Origin: a virus
Lineage: Duplodnaviria; Caudoviricetes
Reading direction: 5' to 3' (one strand)
Length of the DNA: 45,052 nucleotides
IMG/VR virus record: IMGVR_UViG_3300025296_000029
Span: 1-45,052 of that record
Position numbers and translations under genes: made by a program. Positions 9,511 through 18,300 of the stretch are shown here, in pieces (the stretch's first letter is position 1; each line of letters starts with the position of its first letter). Under the pieces are notes generated by a model. It did not search any database, had not been told where the DNA came from, and saw nothing but the letters and a program-made list of their open reading frames with translations.

Positions 9511-11267
9511 TGGCTTGGAAAGCAAGACAGCCTGAAATAGATTATTCAGCTGCAGATGCTCTACGTGAAGTATCATTATTTATAGTAGAGATGTATGGGG
9601 CGAAATTAGATAGGGAAGAGGGAGATAGAGCTCATCACCTAAATATTCTTGCAGATGAATTAAGAACTGCTAAAACTATTTTAAGAAATGAAGAGAATGC
9701 ATATGACGCTGCGAAGCTAGAGCATGAATCTCGTTTTGGAAAGCTTAAAGAAGAAGATTATACAAGTCAGAGTAGACCTGTAACTGATGATGTATATAAA
9801 TGGTATGAGTCTAGGATAGAGGATAAAGAAGGTGCAATTCAACATTATAAGGGAAAAACTCAAAAAATGTTGGAAGAAATAAATTTTATTAATAGAGTAC
9901 AGACTGGATTAAACACTGTAAGTACAAAACTTGGTCCAAGCCCAATTTGGTTGGACCCTGAAGATGTTACTCCAGTAGCTCTTGCTCCTCAGCTTGTAAC
10001 AGGTACACCAGAAGAAATTGCAGAAAAACAAAAGCTGATAGGAGCTTTTTTTGAAGAACGGCCTGAAGTAGTATCTCCAGGAGCACTTGAAGTGATAAAT
10101 CTTCTTAAAGCAGAGGCTATAGCTAAAGCAGAAGGGCGAGATTGGATTATAGATGAACGTAAATATCAAAAAGATAAACGTGAGGAGATCGAAAAGGATA
10201 AAATACTAGCAAGTGATTTAGCGTTAAATCCATTTGTATCAAGTATAAAGGCTATTGCTGGTGGGGATTATAACGATGAAAAAATGATGGATCTGATACT
10301 TGATATAGGAACTGCACATGGTCAAAAAATAGGAGATATGTTATGTCCTGGCTGTACAACACAAAAACAGTATGATATGGTTTTAGCAACTTATAATACT
10401 ATGGCAAGCTTTGCACAAAAAGGAACTCCAAATGATATTACAGGATTAGGTAGACTTGTAGATAATTTGACAAAACAGTATGAAGAGTCACCTGGGAAAG
10501 TTGGTGATCTCACAACAGAAAAAGGATTTTTTGCAAGCTGGGTTTATAATGTGTTTAATATTAATATGGAAACGATCGATAAAATAGAATTAGAAGGATA
10601 CAATCCTATAACTAAAGAAGTCACAAAGCATCAAATGAGTGATATGACTCCTGAAAAGTTGATAATGGTTGAGTTTGAAAATTCAGGCTTGAGCAAAAAT
10701 GAATATTTTGAGAAACGAGGTAGAAAGATTTTCAAATTATTTAAACAGGTGTATGGAAAGAAAGAATCTGGAGCTGACCGAAGTGCTGGTGAATTAAAGA
10801 AGATGATAGAGGCTGCTTTTCCTAAAAAAAAAAGTGAAGATGAAGTAGCAATTCTTCGTGAGAAGTTAGTTAATATGGATTTTGAAATAGTTGATGTTAC
10901 TGCAGATACTGGTTGGTATAGTGTATTAGCACAGGGAGAAGGAAGGCTTAGATTAGTAAAACCATTGGCAGATAGGGTTAAAGAAGCAAAGAATATATTG
11001 GAAGGTAAAGGAATAAATCTTCAAATTGGAGATTCACTGGTAAGAATGGATGTTAAAGAGAAGCAATATCAAGAATGGTTAGCTGCTGGATCAAAAGGTG
11101 CCACAGTAGCACCTGCTCATAGATCATTTCATACAATAGGATTTGCTTTTGATTTAGACCGTGAAGATGGATCTATGAATAATCCAGAAATATTTGATGT
11201 TTTAAGAGATTTAGGATTAGTGCAAAGTGATACAGAATGGTGGCACTGGTCGCTAGAAGAAGTATAA
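9510..11267 (+). CDS. Internal virion protein with C-terminal M15 (VanY-like) peptidoglycan peptidase
   Basis: R....Q...VAP..RSFH..G.AFD...EWWHW motifs (SxH-x6-D and ExxH zinc ligands). Confidence 0.75.
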   Translation: MAWKARQPEIDYSAADALREVSLFIVEMYGAKLDREEGDRAHHLNILADELRTAKTILRNEENAYDAAKLEHESRFGKLKEEDYTSQSRPVTDDVYKWYESRIEDKEGAIQHYKGKTQKMLEEINFINRVQTGLNTVSTKLGPSPIWLDPEDVTPVALAPQLVTGTPEEIAEKQKLIGAFFEERPEVVSPGALEVINLLKAEAIAKAEGRDWIIDERKYQKDKREEIEKDKILASDLALNPFVSSIKAIAGGDYNDEKMMDLILDIGTAHGQKIGDMLCPGCTTQKQYDMVLATYNTMASFAQKGTPNDITGLGRLVDNLTKQYEESPGKVGDLTTEKGFFASWVYNVFNINMETIDKIELEGYNPITKEVTKHQMSDMTPEKLIMVEFENSGLSKNEYFEKRGRKIFKLFKQVYGKKESGADRSAGELKKMIEAAFPKKKSEDEVAILREKLVNMDFEIVDVTADTGWYSVLAQGEGRLRLVKPLADRVKEAKNILEGKGINLQIGDSLVRMDVKEKQYQEWLAAGSKGATVAPAHRSFHTIGFAFDLDREDGSMNNPEIFDVLRDLGLVQSDTEWWHWSLEEV

Positions 11268-11279
11268 TAGGAGTTAAAA

Positions 11280-12386
11280 ATGGCAAATGATAAGAAGAAA
11301 GATGAAGGAGTTCCAGATGAATGGTTTTTTGATCCTGACAGTGTATTAGCACTAGAGTCTTTATTAAAACTTGATCCTAATGCAGGTGCAATAGACTCAT
11401 TAGAAAATCTTGGGGGGGCAGGAATAGTAAGAACTCCTCCTCCAGCAAGTAATGTTGTAGGGAATCTTCCTCTTGCATATGAAAAAAGTTTGGGATTTAG
11501 GGAGAAAATTGAAGATATAGAGGTTGATCAGGGTGTAATTGATAAAATAGCTCCAGCATTATACATAGGTGCATATGAATTAGGAAAAAAAATTGTAGGA
11601 AGAGATTGGAGATGGCCTAAGGGGTGGAGCCCTAAAATAAGAGGAGCTGGTAAGCAATTGGTTGCTTATAATTTAGCTTTACAAGCTAGTGATTTGGTAG
11701 GAAGTTATGTGGATGATTGGAATAAAGCACATCCAGGTATGAAGTTAAAGCCATTACCTGGTCAAATTGCTGCTGGGGTTGGTGCAGTCGGAACATATAA
11801 ATTTGCTTCAAAATTTGCCTGGACTATTATGAATAATGTTAAAACAGGCATGGCTGCTGAAGCAATGCCTGCTGTATTGCTTGAGGCTAAAAATAAATTA
11901 ACTGAAAAAGTTGTAAAGCAATATGGAATTAATCAACCAGAAATAATAAAGCGAGCAGATAAAGTTGGTAGAGAAGCAACAGAGAAAGCAGCAAAAGATG
12001 TTGCAAATGTAGTTAAAGAGCGTCTTGGAAAAGATGCAACTAAGAGATGGGATGATATAACTAGACAGCTTATTAAGCCAAGAGTAGCTACAAGGGTAGG
12101 TAAATATTTAGCAAAGTTCGCTCCTAAAATAGCAACTAGGTTAGCTGTAAGTGCAACTGCAACAGTAATTCCTGAGGGTTTTAGTACCTTTTTTGGAGTA
12201 CTTGGTATAGGGTGGACTGCTTATGATATATTTAATCTTATGGAATCAATGCCTGATTCTTCTACTTTATATAACTTAATATTTGAAGATGCTCCAGAAC
12301 AAACTGCTGAAGATATGCTTATGAATGAAATGACAGTTTCAGATAGTATTTTTGTTTCTGGAGAACAGCAAAGGATGAAAGAGTAG
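11280..12386 (+). CDS. Putative ejection protein with hydrophobic segments
   Basis: AGGAG RBS; Ala/Gly-rich amphipathic helices, no Cys; context. Confidence 0.55.
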   Translation: MANDKKKDEGVPDEWFFDPDSVLALESLLKLDPNAGAIDSLENLGGAGIVRTPPPASNVVGNLPLAYEKSLGFREKIEDIEVDQGVIDKIAPALYIGAYELGKKIVGRDWRWPKGWSPKIRGAGKQLVAYNLALQASDLVGSYVDDWNKAHPGMKLKPLPGQIAAGVGAVGTYKFASKFAWTIMNNVKTGMAAEAMPAVLLEAKNKLTEKVVKQYGINQPEIIKRADKVGREATEKAAKDVANVVKERLGKDATKRWDDITRQLIKPRVATRVGKYLAKFAPKIATRLAVSATATVIPEGFSTFFGVLGIGWTAYDIFNLMESMPDSSTLYNLIFEDAPEQTAEDMLMNEMTVSDSIFVSGEQQRMKE

Positions 12387-15300
12387 ATGCCCGATCCCAA
12401 TGGTGGAATATCCATTGAAGAGTATCTTAAATATTTAGAGCAGCAAAACGCTAGAAATTTAAGTGCTACTTCTGATACAGGTACTGTACCTTCAGTTTTA
12501 GGAGATGTTCCTTCTGTAGATGTTGATCCTACAGCTCAAGGATGGACTGCACGTAGAAAAAGACTTGGACTTGAGGTAGTAGATGAAGTATCAAGTGATA
12601 ATGCTGCTCTTGACTTTTTGGGTTCTTTAGCTTGGGGTGGTGTTCATGGTATTACTTGGGGAACTTCTGAATTTGTAGAGAAAGCTAAATCCTGGGATGA
12701 AATGAATGACTGGGAAAAGGCTGGTTGGGTTACTGGTGAAGGTCTTTCATTGTTTACTCCATTCGTTGGTCCATTTGCTTTGTTAGGCAAAGGTGGTCAG
12801 ATTGCTACTAGAGCTTTAAGGGGTAATAATTTTATAAGAAAGGCAGCATCTAATCTAGTAAAGGAAGAAGCAATTATTGCTAAAGGGCTTTTAGATCAAG
12901 CTAAAGCTAGAGGAGTTGTTTCTCCAGCTGTATCTAGATCTCTTGAAAGACAATTCGCAAAACAACTTCCCAAAGCCCTTAAAGACAAACATTCAATAGC
13001 AAGATTACGAGATCTTAATGCAGATGTAACAGCTGCTCGAACTGCTAGTGTAGGATTACGATCTCAAAGTGAAGATGTGATAGGTAAAGTGCTTGAGGGT
13101 GCAGGAGTTCCTATAAATGTAGCAGCTCAGAGAAAATTGGCTAAAAGTTTTGTAGAGGAATTAGGCAAGGGCAGATATGTAAATGATATAGGTGAGTGGG
13201 TTACCAGATCATTTGGTGGAACAAATCCAGGAAGAATATCACAATATCTTGGTATGGCAGCTCAGGACTTTCTTTATCTTGGATTACATGCTCTTGGCGT
13301 AGAAAAGATAGATTCTTTAGCACATAAGAGATCTGCTGATTATGCTGATATACCTATGAGTACTACTGTTATGTCATTAGGCTTTCCGCTTATAAGAGGT
13401 ATAGGAAGAGGTGGTCGTGAGTCTCTTACTCGTGGTATTACATCTTATGCCCAAAGATATAAAAAGATTAACTATAATAAGATAAGTGAGATGCCAGGTG
13501 GTGATGCTACTGCAAGAGAATTATTAAAAAGTAATGTTAAGGGAGCTAATATAAATATAATTAATTCTTCGGAACATGGACAAAAGACTTGGACAGTTTT
13601 TGGTAAGTCTTATATGGGTAAGCAGGATATACTACATCAAGCAGATACAATGCCATTAGAACATGTAGTTGGACTTCTGAATAAGATGAGACTCTCAGTT
13701 TCGCAAAGCCTTGTAAAAAGATGGAATAGTAATTACTGGGGAGATCTTTTAGCATCTACACCTCGTATGGGTACAGGTATTTTATTCATGAATTACGGTG
13801 CATTTCAAAGTGGTGCATTTAAGAATATGAGTCCTCAGGAATTATCTTCTCACTTATTTATGGCAGCATTTATGACTAAAGGTAAGGGTGCCTGGGATCA
13901 TGCTGGTAAAAGAGGTTATCTATCAAGTGAGTATGGGGAGATGAACCGAGCATTAGAATTTCTTCAGACAGATCATAAACAAATGGATGCAACTATTTCT
14001 ACCATGAAAATTAGGAATATGATTGATAAGCATGGTGTTGTTCATGGGAATAATCCAATTGCTGATGAAATTGTAAATGTATTTGATAGTGTTATTGAAG
14101 GTGAACGTATTGCCTGGAGAAATGATGGGGAATTTATTTCATCGACAAAGTATGCGAAAGTTCAGGAATTACTTAGTGCATATAATGCAATAAAGAGGAT
14201 GAAGGATAAAAGCTTTACTCATGTAACTATTGATGATATGAATACTCAAGCATTGGATATGATTAAAAGAGATCTTGGGGTAGTAAAGATAAGGGATAAG
14301 TCAGTTGATGATATATTAAAAGATGATCTTCGAGAAGAGTTAACAGAAGAAACCAAGAAAGAGATAATTTCTGATGAGTATGGTATACTTGGGTTGCTCT
14401 CTGAAAGATTTGGGATACCTTTTAGTATTGTTCCTGTTCCTGAAGGTACACCTTTAAAAGGATCTGCAAGACTGATTAAGACACCAGAGGATGGGAATAA
14501 TTATCCTAATATACATGAATATAATAATTTGATAGTAAAATATGGCTCTTTATTGAATATTGATATAATTGATAAACCTGCACTTGCTACTAAGCTGGCA
14601 AAAGATAGAAATATGGAAGTAAGAGATTATGATAATGCTTTGGGAGATGTGACACATGAATACATGGTTAATATGGAAGGCAGATATCTAAATCATAATT
14701 TATATTTAGAATTTGGTGATAACATATTTCTTCAAGCCCTTCATGATATTAATGCTAGCCAAGCAAAATCTGATATATATAAAGTTGTTTCTAATGTTGA
14801 AACTGATAAACAGAATGTTATTACGTTAAGAGAAGCTCTTGTTCATGTTTTTGGTCAGAAGGGTAAGTTTTCTGAGAATATATATGACAATGAGGTTGAT
14901 AAAAAGGTTGGAGAAGAGTTACTTAGTGATGCAAAAATATCTGAAAATTTGTTAATTATACAGCCAGTGTATGATTTAATGAAGAGCTTATCAAATATAG
15001 GTAAAACCAGATCACCGAAACTTAATATAAAATCAGGTGATGTTCAGGAAGTTGCTGACAAAGTAGGAGACATGGTTAATAGACTCCCTGGTGACTGGAA
15101 ACCTCCAAATCTATATATTAGAGGATTGGAGGAATTTCAATCTAGAATATTTACTGGCGGTAATAGATTATCTTATACTGCATTTCAGAGAGCTAAAGAT
15201 GATGGTCTTATTCGTATGGATTTTGAGGGAGGAGTGAGAAAAATAATATTTCCTAGTGAAAATGCTATTGATAATGGACTTCCTGGAGATCCAGTATCCG

Positions 15301-18300
15301 CAAGAGCTGTTAAGGAAGCAGTTAGAGGAGTGTATGATTTGTTTAATCCTCAGATGGTAGATAGAGCTCATCATGTTCCATTTGAAGCTGATTTGCTTAA
15401 GTGGATTGGTATTCATCAAGAGGTTACACATAGCAAGGTTAAAGATTTTGTAGAAAATATAAATGATACACTTCGTAATCTTAGTAAAGATAGTATGGTG
15501 GTAACACAGATAGCATCTTTGAGAAAATTATCTGATGAAATAAGAAGTGAGATGGTCAGCCCTAAGAAGGTACTTGATGCTGACAAAATAGATAAAGCTC
15601 TTGCAGAAGCAAAGCTTATACATGAGACATTAATAGCAGAAAAAAATATCAGTGTAGAGGCCAGTAAAAAATTAGATGGTCTTATTACTGCTCTTGAATT
15701 AGGTATAGCAGAAAGTAAGGATCTTCCTTCTAGAACTTTTAGTGAAGAAAATTATGGTAAAATGATTGAAACGTTTGATGAGTTGATTCAGTTTGAGATA
15801 GAAGCAGATCATGTCCAAAAGAGAGAGCTTTCCAGATTTCTTATTAAACTTGAGAATCATATTACACAAAAAGATCCAAACATATCTTATACTGATTCAA
15901 AAATGTTGCTTGAAAAATTAACTGCAGATTTTCATGGTCTTTTGGGTAACAGGAAATCAGCTGAAGTACCCTTGCAGGAATTGATTGATGAGTTTAACAA
16001 TACTGGTAATTGGAGGGATGCACGAACTGTTATTGATGCACTTGTGAAAACTGCAGGTAGATTTAATGCACATCATGAAGCTTATAATGATATAGCAGCT
16101 AAAATGGTAAATGAAATCCAGGGTGAAAAGCTAAATACTGAAAGACCTGTAAATTATCAGGAATTATTATTTAAATATCCATCAATACAGGATCCTAATA
16201 ACCCTAATGCTGTAAGCAATAGGTTTGTGTCAGATATATCAGATGCATTTGATCCAGCAAAACCGAAAATAACTGCTCCAGATGTATTTGAAGACTATAT
16301 CTATAGTGATATAAGAAAGAAGTATTCTAATTCTGGTGAGCAGGCAGTAAAAATAGAGGAGTTTAATACTGCTGAAGCATTGCCTTTGCTGCAAAATGTT
16401 TTTGGCCAGGTTCTTAGAAAAGTTTTTGTATTGGATCATGATAGATTGAATCTTGATGAAAAACCTATGCGTCATTCTCTTTCAACTATGGTTCTTGATA
16501 GGACAAATACAGTAGATCCTCAATTTAAGTATGAATATATACTTTTAAGTGGAAGTATAAAAATTGGTGATCGTACTATTAATATGGATGATTCTTATGA
16601 GATAGGTGGTGACTGGCTTAAAATGCAGAATTATATTGACAAAGCTATAACTGTTGATATGAGTGAGATGAAAGGTCTATATGAACAGTTAAGAAATGTG
16701 GATTATGTAATAGATATTCCAAGTTTAGGAAGTCTTAAACCAGTAAGTGAGAGCAGTAAAGTATATATGCGTTTAAGTCCCAAGATGCGAATTGTTTTTC
16801 CAAAGACAGAAGAGAATCTTGATTTACTTAATAGAGATTTTGATGATATATATACACAAAAGCTAACTGATTACACAGGACCTGAAAATAAAAAGCGTTT
16901 GCGTGCTTTTAAAAAAGCTTTTAAGAATTATTTTAATACTACTGATCAGGATAATGAAATTTTAAGATTAAAGATGATGTTCGTTCATTTTAATAGAACT
17001 ATGGGTCCTCAGTTTGATGATATGATGAATAAAATGGATGTTGATAGGGGGGAGATAGAGTTTAATAGTTTTAAAAGAGGTTTGCTATCTGATGGTGGTA
17101 CGACAACTCATTTGACAAGGCAGGCATTGGAATGGTCTAGAGATAATAATTCTGATCCTTCTGTAAGAACTAAGGCTCAAAAACTATTAGATGATGGAAT
17201 AAAGATTGGTGTTGTAAATGATGAGCCAGCAAATAAAGCAGATGATCATTTTTTTAGTAATAAAAAGATAGTTATAAAACAGTTGAGTGATAGAGTTGCA
17301 AATCTTGTGACTATTGCTGGAAGGGATACACAAGAATCAAAGATAGTGGATAGTTTTGTTCAAGATATTACTGAGGGAACATATACCAGTCTTAACTCTT
17401 TCTTTTTAGATGGAGGCAAGTTTTCTAGTATTCCTTTCAGTCAATTAATACGATCAGTAAAAGGTGGTGGTGACTGGAATGGTATGAAAACTATTATTAT
17501 GGATAATGATATGCTTGGTAAAGGATTCACTGTGTATAATCCAGAGGTAGCTTCTGTATTAACTAATCTAGGTGTTGATCTTTTGGTTGGTGAGAGTGTT
17601 GCTAAGACATTAAATCTAAATAGAGCTCAAGCATTTACTATTGATCCAGCCAGAAGTCTTGAGAGAGGGTGGGAAGCTGATCTTTCTTACATGGATGAAT
17701 CTAATTTTATGAGTATTCCATATAAGAATTTTGGTATATCATTTACTACGCACTCTGATCCTGGTGTTAACTATTCATCATCTATGTTCGATTTTCAAAG
17801 TACACGTCATCTTCGACAAGCAAAACGACTGTATAAGATAGATGAGATTATACAAAAGATGGGTACAATTAATAATAATAAAGATTTTGCTAATGGAGAT
17901 TTATTAAGAATTTTATATAAGATAAGGCAAGAAGAGACTGGTCAGCAGTTAACGACGGATAGTTATACTTTAACTGAAACACTTCTTGAATATGGTGGAA
18001 GGGAATCCAATCCTTTGTTACAAAAAGATCTGGAAAGGTTACTTCAAAGTGATTTTTATAAGATTCTTTCAAGTAGGCCAACACGGCACGGAGAAGAGGG
18101 AATTGCCGCTGTTGATGTAGATAATACTCTTAGTAATCCTGTGTATGCTCAGTTTGAAAATCTTAGAAATAACAAAATTGCTAATAGTGTTTATCAGTAT
18201 GGCGGTGGTTCTATTACTCGTGCATTGGCTAACCAATTAATCAGTAGAGATTCAAAAACAGTAGCTGATATGCGGGATATTTCTTTTATAGCAAGAGATA

